Assembly: GCF_027921745.1 (NCBI RefSeq)
Contig: NC_079238.1
Span: forward strand, 2,046,001 to 2,110,000
DNA: 64,000 bases
Direction: 5' to 3'
Source of the DNA: Schizosaccharomyces osmophilus
Lineage: Eukaryota
In this document: one piece after another, positions 49,360-61,921 of the stretch
Numbering within the stretch: the first letter of the stretch is position 1
Layout of the letters: every line of letters begins with the position of its first letter
Made by a program: the position numbers and the translations under genes
The notes under the pieces: model-generated
What the model saw: only the letters and a program-made list of their open reading frames with translations
Databases searched by the model: none
What the model was told of the DNA's origin: nothing

Positions 49360-51137
49360 TCAAAACAAATCTTCAGCATGCATTCGCATCTTTCGGGACA
49401 CGAATGTACCTCTAGTAAAGCTGGGCTTAAATTTCGATTTCACATTGTCAGGCTTTTCGGGACTAGAGGAAGAAGTAACGGGAGTTGAAGACTTTGACGA
49501 AGTAGCATCCTGATGCTGGTCCTGTTGTTCGTGCTCTTGCTGATGATACTGCTTTTCTTTCTCTAGTAAAAGCTCCGAAACATTCACAGGAGTCCCGTTG
49601 TATTCTTGATCATCTTGATCGACTTCCATTTCAGCTGCGGCTGTTGCCCACCGATTTTCGTGAGCAACGGCAGTTGGTGTTCGGGTGAATGCTCTAATAG
49701 ATGCTGCAATCTCCTTGCTCTTGAACATTTGCCATGCTGAATCTAAAATTTCTTCCGGAAAAGCTACCCACACTCGCCAAACGTCAATGACTTGTGCAAC
49801 CTTTTTACAAAACATGTCCATCTTTATGCGACCTCCCAGCTGTCGACTAAAAGCGTATAAATGTTCAAAAACGGAACGTATAAACGGTTCCAAACTAAAT
49901 ACTAGAATTAGCATACTTGTTACTGACCCATCAGTCTCATTTCGTACCCAACTCGATACCGCCAAACTAGCGACACTCCAGATATCCCGTTGAACAGCAG
50001 GTCATTCATTACGTACAGTAATCCCAATTTCCTGTCCCCCTTTTCCAAAATAGATTGATCGTTTATCCTTTCCTCGTTAACTTCATCGTTTTTCAATAAC
50101 TCTTGCACAATCGTTTCAGAAACCTATGTCGGTAAATGATTAGTACTCTTGTTTTCTCTTAATATTTCCATACCTCTTTGTACTTATCAACGTGATCGAT
50201 GGCAAAGCATGAAACATTTGCTATAGATCCTTTTTCACAACTCATGCGCGTCAACAGCCATTCCAATTTAGCCCTGTTTAGGGTCGATAGATGCTCTACT
50301 GACGTATCGTTTTTCTCTTCCTCTTTCCTTTTCTCAAGTTCTTTTCGTTGCGTAGAAAATATTGAATCTTCGCTTGCTTCTGCTTTTCCAACGGAAGCTG
50401 ATATGTATTTTCCATCCACCGGTTGAATAGATAGGCGCCGTATAGCATCTTGCGCAAGCTTCTCATTTCGAAACACAGATATTCCTTTGGAAAAATCTCC
50501 GTCAGGTGAAAACACATTTACTGCAATTACATAGTCGCGTCCACCTAAAATTTCTTTCAAGGTTGCCGCAGTTGTCTGTCTAGCAATGCCCTTCAAATGT
50601 ACAACACAGGGCTTTTCAGATACTTCTTTAGATTAGACAACAATATTCTGATTTATTTTTCCCTTTTCTTCTTACGTACAGCTTGTAGCTTGGTCCACCG
50701 TTTCCAACGCGTAATCTTGGCGTCGTCCAATTTCAGCTTCTAATCCAGACTTACTCGTCTCTCTATTGTTTCAAGTTAGCTTTCATTCATAGTTTTATGT
50801 ATCAACGTACGGAAAGGGCTGCTGGTTTCTCCCTGAATTGCTGATATTTTGACGCTCGTTCGCAAGAAATGCATCTTCCTCTTCATCGGACTATTGCCTT
50901 AGCTTTTCTGCTCTATTAATTTATAATATTTGATGCTTACGTCTGAACTTATGTCTTCCTTCACTGCAAAATGCCGCCGTCCTCCTATAATGGGCCTCTT
51001 TTCTGTTGATACATATTGTCAGTGAACTTTTCTTCAAAGCTTCCACACGAACTTGTTTCTAAAGTTTGCAATGGAAACGAATGATGGTCCATTCTAAAAT
51101 CATCTTTTTCTGCCAGCTTTTCTTGATTCGCTCGCAT
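49360..51137 (-). CDS. U2-associated protein (U2SURP/SR140-like; RRM plus CID-like domain), multi-exon
   Basis: Probable ATG 51137; RRM-like exon; KLGLLYVMNDLLFN..WRYR and KVAQVIDVWRVWVAF CID motifs; five in-frame short introns built by hand. Confidence 0.75.
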
Positions 51138-51555
51138 TTGGAGTCATCAGTAGAATACTGATCTTTCACTACCATTTACGCGTCCTAAACTACCTACAAC
51201 TTTACATTCTTTCAATGTTGAATCATAAAACCAAAAATTTTATAATTTTTATTTATATAACCTTTTTATTTACCCTTATATAAAGTTAATGCTCCAGTCT
51301 CGGATTCATGATGCAAGAAGTTGGCTCATAGAAAATACTTAAGTCTCTCGAAAAACTAGTAGGCTAAATTAAGGAAAAGAATGTGCTACGATGCTATAGT
51401 CTTTAGACTTTTTTACCCTATGGATGTATTCATCTCTGATCTAGTCCTATACGTTTGATATAGGTCTTTCCATGTATCCTTTAATTGAATGCATGAATGT
51501 TGTTGTTTTCACCTATTCAATTTACAAAAACTTTAAAAAGTATTTAGTTCATCTT

Positions 51556-51566
51556 TGTTTGTTTAC
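51556..51566. promoter_or_regulatory. FLEX element upstream of npg1
   Basis: Exact TGTTTGTTTAC about 135 nt upstream of a sporulation gene. Confidence 0.7.
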
Positions 51567-51701
51567 TAGCATTGGATTCGAGTTCCCCAATGTTTGTTTA
51601 TTTCCTTTTCCCAAATATACATATAGGGAAAACCCAATTACTACTATTTACAAAGTACAATTGAGGAAGTAAAAGAAACGGAATTTGAAAAAGTAACTGG
51701 G

Positions 51702-54700
51702 ATGGTTGACTTACAAGACCCAAGAGCATTACGTGAGCTTCAGGTGAATGCAATACCCTTCAGTGATCCTTGGAAAGATGATCCCATTCATTTATCAAAG
51801 AGATTAAAAGAAGAATCTGATGAAAATTGTATTGGCGATCATCCGCAAGAACGAAAGAATTCTTTAGATCCTGATATCTGGGTAGCGTATAATTACTTAT
51901 GTAATGTATATGAAGCCAAAGTGTACGTCTTTGTAACTGAATTCAAAGCTAACCAAGAAGATGGATTGAAAATCAGATGGAAGTCGTTTATACAAACACA
52001 GATGACTTTATAACTTCTCTTGCTGATGGAAAGGTGCTTTACGATTTATCAATGAAGTTCTATCCTAAATTGGCAGGCAATTGGAGGCCCCGATGTCGAA
52101 CTGCTAATGGGAAAAAGCTATACATGGGTGTTTTCTTTGAATTTTTAGACTTTGTTGGAATGTTTAGTGTAAGAGTCCCCATACAGGTTGACAGTGAATA
52201 CTAATTATCTAGGCTTTTCGCTTTGAACCAAAGCATCTACTTGAATACTCAAATATTCCCCGTGTTATATATTCCTTACATGCACTTTCGTACCTCCTAA
52301 ACTTTTTGCAAGCGACTCAGCATGTTCCTCATTTATTTGGTAAAATTCACCTGAAACGCGGTGAGGTTGAACTTACTAATCGACAAATCTTGCCTTTGAG
52401 GAATTCAAAAAAGTTTCCTAATTTTACAAAACTGAAAAAACATTTTTATGGCCGGCTTCACCGTAACAGACAAAGCAGTACGCAAATTAACAAACGTATT
52501 TTGGCAACAAAAAGACCACCTTCTTGGATTAATCCTTTACAAGCAATTTGTAGAGGGTACCTTCTTAGAACGACTATTAATACACGCGATATCATGAAAG
52601 AAAAATCTCAAGAGAATACGCTCAAGCTTCCTTTATTGGAAAAATTATTGATTACACCAAATGCAGATGAGAGGTTAACAATGATTAAAGAAATTCAGCA
52701 GCTTTATCGAATAATGGTTTGTTTACACTCCCAAATGTTTCACCTTCCTTCCCCGGAGCTTTCTTTGGATTTGAGTTGGCTGGCTTTGTTAGGCTCGTCC
52801 GTTGAAACTTATAACCAGCTCATTCCGCCAATTTTGAATAATGTCGTTTTCTATCTTCAAGAAAATCCTTCCTTATGGATCTCGGTCTTGAAAAGACTCT
52901 TGTTCCTAGGTGTTGATAGAGTGGACATATCCAATTACGGATTACTCGTGTTGAAGTTTTTCGGATTTTCCGTCACGACTAAAGATCGAAAGCTTTTAAA
53001 CGAATTTATACTTCAAGGTCTCATAACATCGTTAGACGAAAAAATAACATCTGAAAGCAATGACCGCAATTGCGGAATATCTCCTACATTTTTGTGGATT
53101 TCCAAAATATTCTCAAGCAGTTTGTTGTAAGTGTTTCGAGACATTGATCTATTTTACTAATTTTTAGTTTGGATTTTGATTCTTTCTTTGACAAGCGAGC
53201 TTCTTTTATATTGGATAGTTTTTATGAATCGCAAAGCAGTGTCAAATCACTTGAAGTTGCCGCAATGCATAGTGTCAGTGAAATTATTTACAGCTTTTAT
53301 TTGCATAACAAAGAATTGCCGAAAGAGTTCTTTTATATTTTCAATTCACTATATTATTCTGAAGCTGTGAGTTATTATTTGAAGTTTAAAATAATTTCGT
53401 GATACTAACCAATAGGCCCGAAAAAATCCTCGTTCTTTAAAAACATCTATGTTATGGTTTTTTATTGATCAAGTCTTAAGCTGCATCTACCGATTTCATT
53501 CTCAGAAATACTACAGAAAGCATTCAGAAAAGTTTGCATTCATAAAACATTATATACGATCGCTTTTTGAAGGGGTGTCCAACTTAGCGACCGGTGAAAT
53601 CCAGTGGCACACGCGGAGCTACCGAATTGTTGAAGCGCTAATTAGAAAATGTACGTACATTTGACATTTTCATCAGGTTAATAACAAGTTTAGTAATACA
53701 TGGTCCAATTAAAAGTCCACCCATTGAACTTGCGGGAAGATCTCTGAGCTGCACACACAAAGATATATTCAGTCTTCACTCGGTACTGAAAATGTGCAAT
53801 GATCATGGTGATTTTAATAACCACCCTTCCTTTAAGCGTCTTATTACCAAACTTGGTTCCCCCAAATTATGCAAAAAATATGAAGGCCAGGTTTTGTTCT
53901 TAGATACCAGACGGGAATATATGCATTCCAGTATACCCTGCTCCCAGGCAGCCAAATATCAACTAGCACTCAGTTTATGTTTACCTTTAGTAGAAGGTCA
54001 TTTGCGCTGTTCTCTCAAAGAAACATTATGGGGCATTCCAACTTCATTGGAAAACCAAAAGTTTAAGGGTCTTTTGCAGCTTGATCAAAGGATTAGAGAC
54101 CTTCATCCTTCTTCTTTGACAGGTATTACTGATTCCTTTTCTACCTCTCCACAACCTATACAACAGTGGCAGTCGCGTCTTAGAAAATTATTGAGGAACT
54201 TAACCGAGACTAACGACGACTTGGAAAGTACTCGTTTTCTTATACTATATGGACGTACCGACCAAGCTTGTGTAAAGGACATTAAAGAAGCTTACAAAAA
54301 AGTGGCTCCCTTAGCTAAAACTTTAAAACAAACTGGGACTGAAAATAATGAATTTTTAAAATTTCTTTCAAACATTGGAAGCGGCTTTAAAAAATCAAAA
54401 GACTACAATTATAAACATCCCTTGCTTGACAAATCAATGGGTGAATTACTGCAAATGGAGATTGTCTACAAGTGCCCTTCAGAGCTTTTAGATCACACTT
54501 TAAAAATTTTCGTTAACAAAAATCGGACGGCACTTCATTTCTTCCTTTTAAATAGGAAAAAATTGATCGACGAATCCGTAATTTTGGTGAATGATTTGGT
54601 ACAAGCTGCGTATGTTCACTTCGGAATAGTGGTTTTTACTAACGTTATTTTAGAAACATAGGGATTTACTTTATTGAAGTATTTAATCTCCCTTTCCATA

Positions 54701-54834
54701 CTAAACAGTTACAAATCTGGCTAACCCCGGTTTCTACATATCCTAGTGAGGAAAACTACGCTGAAATAAAAAAACAGAAAAGAAAGAAGGTCGCCGGCTT
54801 TGAACATACCAAGAAACAGAAGTCTACGAAATGA
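51702..54834 (+). CDS. npg1: IQGAP/Rng2-related sporulation protein, multi-exon
   Basis: AYNYLCNVYEAK|WIE..LADGKVL..NIPRVIYSLHALSYLL calponin-homology domain; IQ-like LQAICRGYLLR; last exon ends KKQKSTK, stop 54832-54834. Confidence 0.82.
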
Positions 54835-55142
54835 GTAATCTCTTTTTCTTTGTTAATTATTCAATCATTTTTACTTTAGGTGAAACAATTTTAAAGGGTA
54901 GATAGAAAATTAACCTGTTGAGATATTTTATTAATATATATATAAGTATAAACCTTGTCCCTTGTTAACGTAAAAGATACTTTTCCTGTTTAACCAAAAA
55001 TATTAAGGATTCCCAAAAAGACCGGTAGCCATGTTTTTCTTTTATTTTATCTTTTCAATTTGAAAAACTGAAGGATATGATTCACAAACCTATTCCAAAT
55101 TACTTTTTGATTCGAAGGAAGGCAATTATTGATAACTAAAGC

Positions 55143-56744
55143 TCAATCAAAGGTGATTTTAGTAGCTGCTTTCATAGGAGCGTCATTTGTCACACGAGAA
55201 CCATAAGCGTTCACTTTGGGCTTTACAGCGGTGCCATACTTATATAATCCCTCAGGAACCTCCTGTTTAGCTTGACGCAGAACATTGATAAGCTCACCTG
55301 CATGAGACTTGTCTTCGGGAGTGAAAAAAGTATGAGAAACACCCTTGGTATTTGCTCTTCCTGTACGGCCAATACGGTGGATGTAATCCTCAATTGTCAA
55401 AGGGAAGGTAACATTAATCACAAGTTGCACTTGGGGGATATCGAGACCACGAGCAGCAACATCGGTAGCAACCAAAACAGGTGATTTATTAGTTTTGAAG
55501 TTTTCAAGGGCTTGAAGACGAGCGCCTTGAGACATATCACCATGAATTCCGACAGCATTGAACCTTCTGGCCAAAGTACTTTCAACACGGGCAGCTTCCT
55601 TTTTGTACAAAACAAATACCAAAATTTTATCTCCTTGATCAGCGGAAGCAAGAGTCTTGGAGATGACGTTGATTAAGGTTCTTTCCTTGTCTCTGGAATC
55701 TTCCAACAATTCTACTATTTGAGTGATATTTTGAGAAGCAGACAACTCTTCACTACCAATAGTAATTTTAACAGGATCCTTCAAGAAAGTGGCTGCAAGT
55801 GATCGAACAGAGTCAGGCCAAGTAGCACTATAGAAGACTGTTTGACGGGCTTCTCCCTTAAGAGGATTCGGTGTTTGACTTATAATGCTTCGAATGTCTT
55901 GTTCGAAACCTGTATCCAACATACGATCGGCCTCGTCCAAGACCAAATATCCCACTTTCGAACAATCAACAGCACCGTCGTTGATTAAATCAAGCAACCG
56001 ACCTGGGGTACCAATGACAACACTAGCATCACGAGCAGCACGAACTTGCTCGCTTTTTGGGGCACCACCGTAAACTACAGCAACTTTGAAAGAGGTATCG
56101 GAAGTTAAGCCTTTGATATTTTCATACGTTTGGATAGCCAACTCTCTAGTTGGGCTGACAACCAAAATACGTGTCGTTGGCTTTTCTTTGGGCAGATTTT
56201 GAAGATACTGAAGAGCTGGAATGCCAAAAGCGACTGTTTTACCAGAACCAGTTTCAGCAACACCAACAACATCTCTTCCAGAAAACAAATAAGGCCATGA
56301 AGCTGCTTGAATTGGAGTAGGCTCCTTGAAGTTCTTTAATCCCAATCTTAAATTGTCTTCAATTGGAAGTTCAGAGAAATCCAATAATGGCAACAGAGAA
56401 GTTTTAGAAACGGGATCCAAATAGTTAATTTCATGCTTCTTTGCATATTCTTTACATGCAGTCTCGTTCGCCGTGGATTGAGAAGGACTTTGTTTTGAAG
56501 CAGTCTTCTCTTCTTCACCATTGTTTTCTCCCTCTTGAGAAGTGGACTCTTCTTCAGATTTCTCCTTTCTTTTCTTCTCCTTCTTGTCTTTCTTTTTCTT
56601 GTCGGATTTCTCGCCTGAATTCTTTTCCTTCTTTTCCTTTTTGTGTTCGTGCTTAGTCTTCTTTTCTTTACGTTTTATAGTCTCTCCTTCCACATTCTTT
56701 TCTAGTCCGGTATCTTTAACCTCTTTAATCGAGCGTTTTCCCAT
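55143..56744 (-). CDS. dbp3: Nucleolar DEAD-box helicase Dbp3
   Basis: ATG 56744 MGKRS, KKE-rich N-terminus, AETGSGKT, DEAD, SAT, HRIGRTGR, terminal ATKITFD. Confidence 0.95.
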   Translation of the reverse strand: MGKRSIKEVKDTGLEKNVEGETIKRKEKKTKHEHKKEKKEKNSGEKSDKKKKDKKEKKRKEKSEEESTSQEGENNGEEEKTASKQSPSQSTANETACKEYAKKHEINYLDPVSKTSLLPLLDFSELPIEDNLRLGLKNFKEPTPIQAASWPYLFSGRDVVGVAETGSGKTVAFGIPALQYLQNLPKEKPTTRILVVSPTRELAIQTYENIKGLTSDTSFKVAVVYGGAPKSEQVRAARDASVVIGTPGRLLDLINDGAVDCSKVGYLVLDEADRMLDTGFEQDIRSIISQTPNPLKGEARQTVFYSATWPDSVRSLAATFLKDPVKITIGSEELSASQNITQIVELLEDSRDKERTLINVISKTLASADQGDKILVFVLYKKEAARVESTLARRFNAVGIHGDMSQGARLQALENFKTNKSPVLVATDVAARGLDIPQVQLVINVTFPLTIEDYIHRIGRTGRANTKGVSHTFFTPEDKSHAGELINVLRQAKQEVPEGLYKYGTAVKPKVNAYGSRVTNDAPMKAATKITFD

Positions 56745-57694
56745 TTTTAAAATTTTTTCTATAATGGAGGGAGTTGCAAAGTTGTCTTGATTGCCATGTA
56801 TATGTATATACCGCACTTGGACTATGGCATGCTAAGTTGAAAATTTATGAATAGAAAAACTGTTTATACAAGAAAAAGCATAAGAAATAAACAATTTGGC
56901 AGCTAGTTCATTTCATTATTACCACAAAACCTCATTTCGCCTTTGTTTAAAACGTTTCATATTCATAGACAAGGCTTCTAAGTTCCATATTCTAATATAA
57001 AAAGAAAAAAGCAAAAAAAATCAAATTACAGAATCTAAATTATTAAGCATATATTAATAAACATACATATCTCCCTATGTGCAGCTCGGACGCTATTAAA
57101 GGTAAAAACAATTTCGAAGAGACCCATGTCCTAGCGTTTTTTTTTTTCAAAGCAAACAACTTATTCCTTTTTGCCCCATTTCCTTCTTTCTTGTCAAGAC
57201 CCGCCTCTAACACAAGATAGAAAACGCCCAAAGTTCTATTGAAACACCGTATTCTATTTCCAAGTTTTTTTTTTATGTTTCTTTCTTTTCTTCTTTTGTA
57301 AGTATATATGTAGGTAATAATAAAAGCAGAAAAAAACTTTCACAACATATTCACTGATCCAAGAATTATGGAACCAAATTCTCAATCACCCAGAGCCTTT
57401 TAAATACCTAAGCAGGAATAACCAGATATCAGATTTTAGAGATTCAAAAAATTCCCATCCTATGCGAAAAATCAGTATGCGCGACATGTAAAGAAAGGTT
57501 CACTGTCATAACAGCGGAACAAGACTCAACACAAATTTTCCACTTCATTCAAAAAGGAAATAAAGAAGCGTCTGCATTCTTTCGAAACGCAGCATGAATG
57601 CTATTGCTCCTTCCCCGGTTCGTTATAGTCAACAAGAATTCAGCTCTAATAAATCCTAGTAGATACAACCACCGAAATTTAATGCAACGCTTGC

Positions 57695-58810
57695 TTACCA
57701 AACATTGACGCCGCCTACGGAGCTAGCAGGAGGAGAGGACCATATTTGAGAGCCCAAAGCCATGGAAGAATGATGCGACTTGGACAATGAAGAAGACAAA
57801 CCGGACATGTCTTGATTATTTCCACTGTACTCTTGCTTAAAATCCAAACTTAATGTAGGAAGTGAGGAAGAAGCAGACGAACCGGTCGTTTGAGGAGAGG
57901 CTGCGACAGCAGACACCTTGTTCACAGCGGCTATAGGAGGAGCATTACCATTAGTAAGAGGAGGGTTTGGTGGACGAAGCGTGTTATCTGTCGACGCAGA
58001 ACCGTTGCTGGACGAAAAATTAAGATCCTTCTTCACAGGACGTGTTCCAATAGGAGCTATGGAAGATGGACGACGACGGGCCGTTGGTACTGGCAGCGAG
58101 TCCAAATTTACCGAGTCCATAAAAGAGGAAGACGGATTATAGCTATTCGACGTGGTCTCCAACAAATTAAATGCCGGAGGCTGTTTCGACGTCCGCAACG
58201 CAGAAGGAGGAGGCATACTAGAAAGACCAAAGTTGGGAAGGCTACTTCCACCAACCGTCGACGAAGAAAACGAAGACCTGCCAGGAGCGGCCAAATCTAC
58301 GAAAGACGAGAAAGGATGATGGTGAGCACTGCTGGATAGTAGAGATGTCACCGATCGACGAGGGTGTAGAAGCGAAGAGCCTGTAGTTCCTCCTAAAGAA
58401 GTACTTCCAGGAAACGATGTTCCAAAGCCAGAGGAATGATTAGCGGAACCAACAAGCGTGCTGGGTTCAGCAGGCGACGTCCCCAGCGTATTCGAAGCTC
58501 CATTGGGAGTACTCGAAAGCGCATTTCTTAATAAGCCACCGCCTACATTATGATTCATTGGTATGCTGCTACTTAAAGCATCACTAAGCGATGCGGTGGA
58601 GAAGGGGTCGTTCGTCGCTGCAAAGCTGCTTTTTCGACCTCGCGGGGCCAGCATTCCATTCTTCATTAAATTATCGGATGCCAACTCAATTTCCTCGTAC
58701 TGACTCACAAAGGCAGCACCATCATCTGGCTGAAAAACGTTCGTCGGACCCAGACCATCCCAATAAGAACCGGCCGAGAACCAACTGTTGACTCCATCTA
58801 CAAACGACAT
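57695..58810 (-). CDS. Ser-rich, low-complexity protein of unknown function (SPBC17D1.05-like)
   Basis: 371 aa uninterrupted ATG ORF; no domain recognised. Confidence 0.8.
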   Translation of the reverse strand: MSFVDGVNSWFSAGSYWDGLGPTNVFQPDDGAAFVSQYEEIELASDNLMKNGMLAPRGRKSSFAATNDPFSTASLSDALSSSIPMNHNVGGGLLRNALSSTPNGASNTLGTSPAEPSTLVGSANHSSGFGTSFPGSTSLGGTTGSSLLHPRRSVTSLLSSSAHHHPFSSFVDLAAPGRSSFSSSTVGGSSLPNFGLSSMPPPSALRTSKQPPAFNLLETTSNSYNPSSSFMDSVNLDSLPVPTARRRPSSIAPIGTRPVKKDLNFSSSNGSASTDNTLRPPNPPLTNGNAPPIAAVNKVSAVAASPQTTGSSASSSLPTLSLDFKQEYSGNNQDMSGLSSSLSKSHHSSMALGSQIWSSPPASSVGGVNVW

Positions 58811-59320
58811 AAAGACAACTTCTGGTTTTTAGAAATTGGCCTCTTTTCCAAGATCAAACCGTCAATATCTATCTTTTCTAACAAGTTTCACGCCGTTTGT
58901 GGTTTGCTTTGAGTAAGTGTCGCGGCCGGGCTTTCTTTAGGAGACCCCCCCCCCACTTCTTCACTAGTCAAACTAAATATTCTTCTAGATCCCTACGAAG
59001 ATATTATACAAAAGCGGAATCATAAGATAATATTTGTTTGTGTGAATACAATGACTAGTAGCAAGGAGAAGGGAGAAAAGCTTACATTTGTTAGTCCCAT
59101 GAAGTTGTAATATTATAAAAAAAAAGAAGAGTTTGACTATGACTTAAAAATTGTTGGGCTTTCTTGAAGGTCCCATTCTTTTGTAAGTAAGATGTATAAG
59201 CTCGAGCATGCTATTTCATTCATCCATACGAGCAAATGTAGTAGAAAATAAATGTACAGATTTGTAATGCATTTTAAAATAAGGAACAGGAAAGCAATGT
59301 TTCACGTTGCTCAACGGATT

Positions 59321-60148
59321 CTACTGGTGATGTTCTTCTGGCGAATGAACTTGTTCCTCAATTGTATTCAGAATCCTCTGGACCATAGCCTCGTCCTCCA
59401 ACGGAGGAGGTTCATTTGAAATTGAGCATCCAGGATCGTTATCTATCGAATACTTCACCTGTGACAGATTGGCGTTAAACACACGCCGGCATTGCTCTGT
59501 TGCCTTTTCCAGAGCAATTGTATCCTGTTTCGTCGATGAAAATGCACCCTGTGTGAGTTTAGCAAGACCGTAAACGACCTGCCAATCCATGTGAACTAAA
59601 CGTTCTTGCATCAAACGACTTCTTTGCTGTTGGCGAAACGAGTCAACGGCGTCCAGCAGACATTCCAATTTGCGCTGAAGCATCGCAGCAAGCCTCCGAA
59701 GTGACATTGGATTTGGATACTCCTCCGAAGAAGGAACTTTCTTCATCGCTTGAAGTTTATGCGAGGCAATGCGTACAGCTAAAGCTGCTGCCTCCTGGCG
59801 AAAGCGAAAAGCTCCTGTAATAGGAGAATTTGGTTCCAGGAAAGTTGATTCCTTCGTAGGCCAAACTGCCCAATATCTGCTTGGAGTTTTTGTATCTTTT
59901 TCCTCCCCATGACCATCATTCCCATTTCGCGCTTGTCCTCGCTTTTTTAGAGTCTCGTGGACAAAATATAGCTGAGCTGCTAGGTCATTTCTTGTTACTT
60001 GCTTCAAGTTTGATATAATCTCTTTATATGCTCCTACTTCACTTTGCAATAGAGTTGGCTTCTCTGCAACGGTTTCTTCTTCCTGCTCAAAAGGAGATTC
60101 TTCATGTTCCTCTCTCTCCTCTAACTGCGGCGTATCAAAATCATGCAT
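59321..60148 (-). CDS. acr1: RNA polymerase I upstream activation factor subunit (Rrn9-like)
   Basis: Probable ATG 60148; RNDLAAQLY..H..LK..WAVWP resembles the Rrn9 motif; position next to rrp43. Confidence 0.75.
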   Translation of the reverse strand: MHDFDTPQLEEREEHEESPFEQEEETVAEKPTLLQSEVGAYKEIISNLKQVTRNDLAAQLYFVHETLKKRGQARNGNDGHGEEKDTKTPSRYWAVWPTKESTFLEPNSPITGAFRFRQEAAALAVRIASHKLQAMKKVPSSEEYPNPMSLRRLAAMLQRKLECLLDAVDSFRQQQRSRLMQERLVHMDWQVVYGLAKLTQGAFSSTKQDTIALEKATEQCRRVFNANLSQVKYSIDNDPGCSISNEPPPLEDEAMVQRILNTIEEQVHSPEEHHQ

Positions 60149-60693
60149 AGCATACTGTTTATGAGCCCAACCGTAAGGAAAGCGGTTGGTTCTGTCAAAC
60201 TGCAGTTTGGGAGTTTCTTTTGGTGAGTACTTGGTTGAAAAAAAGTAAAAATAAAACACAGGAAAAGGACGCTTCCAATGAATTATGTTTAATAAAAACT
60301 AGGAATTATCTTTATTTAATGGAAGATGAAAATATATCTGGAAAGTGATTCCTCGCCACTTGCGACGTAAAAAGTTGTATCTCAATACCTCTCGAAAGCA
60401 GCATTAATTACTTTTCTTCGATCGGTTTTTTCTTACTTTCATTTTATTTTTATTGTTATCCGTTTGAACGGTCCCCAGGGCAAACCCACAGGTTTAGGTA
60501 CGCTCTCTCCATCACAAACAACTGCAAGTCATAAACACAATTTACATTGCCCTGGATTTGTACATACGGAGCAGAACTTTGGGGATTTTATTTTTTAATT
60601 AAACGGGCTAGGGATTTTATTTATTTTTTTGGGAATTTGCGCTCAGTTTTGAAGGATTCAATCAACCACTTTTCCTTTTGTCATTTACACATA

Positions 60694-61637
60694 ATGAGTG
60701 ATGTGAAACAGCTTTCGTTTACACCTTCGTATGTAATTCATTCGGATCTCGTGCTTTCTTGGCGAGTTTTTTCCTGTTTTTATACTAATGTATTGATGTG
60801 TAGGATTTTCAAAAAAATTGCTCCTGATCAATACTTGTCTCATTTATTAGATCAAAACATACGTTCTGATGGAAGAACGGTCACCGAATTTCGTGAACCT
60901 CAAGTTCATACTGACTGTATATCTACTGCTAACGGAAGTGCTATTGTTCGCGCCGGTGAAAACGTTTTCGTTTGCGGCATTAAAGCAGAAATTGCTGAAC
61001 CCACTGCCGATGCACCTGATTGTGGCTTTATTGTTCCCAATGTGGAATTAGGCCCTCTTTGTAATTCCAAATTTAAGCCAGGCCCTCCTTCTGATTTGGC
61101 TCAAGTAATTTCCCAGCAATTGTATCAAATTTTGATTCAGTACGTAATTTTTAAAAAGTTCTGAAAAGTCTTGAACCCTTCTCTAACAATTATTATATTA
61201 GGACGAAACTAATTCATCTTCATTCACTTTGCATTCACGAAAAGAAAGCAGTCTGGGCCCTATATGCCGATATCGTCTGCTTGAATTATGATGGAAATGC
61301 TTTCGATCATGCTTGGACTGCCTTAATGTCTGCCTTAGCGACAACCAAGCTCCCTACTGCTGTTTGGGATGAAGACCTAGAAAAGGTGGTCTGCGCATCC
61401 AATCTCACTCGGCCAGTTCAACTTAGCACGAAGTTATATTCTTTTTCTTGGTCTGTTTTTAACAATATACTGTTGGCCGATCCAACCGATGAAGAGGTGT
61501 CTTTATCAAACGAATTCCTTACTATAATGATGGACACTTCCAAGAACATTTCGAAAATGACAAAACTGGGCGGCTCTTTTATACAAGTTGACAAGTTGAA
61601 GGAATGCGTAGAGTTTGCTCGTAATCACATAGAATAG
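60694..61637 (+). CDS. rrp43: Exosome RNase PH-like subunit Rrp43, two introns
   Basis: ATG 60694; introns 60729-60803 and 61140-61201; IRSDGR, ANGSAIVRAGE, LNYDGNAFD, LADPTDEE. Confidence 0.92.
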
Positions 61638-61921
61638 ATTTGAATTACTCTGTCACCTATTTTCTTTATTTCGGTTGTAATGCCTGGCTGTATATTTCCG
61701 GTTTGGTTATATGTAGAAGAAATCTATTTAATTTCGATAGTTCAATTAAATGAAATATTGTAACATTAATTTATTAGTGAAACCCATTCATAGCCTTTTC
61801 TTTCTATGATTATCCAACCATTCCGTAGTTAATGCCTTTTATTCCAAAAGGTTTTACCTTTTGGAATGTTTGTCCAGAAACTCTTAAAAAGTTAAAGTAT
61901 TCTAAACCAATTCTAAATTTT

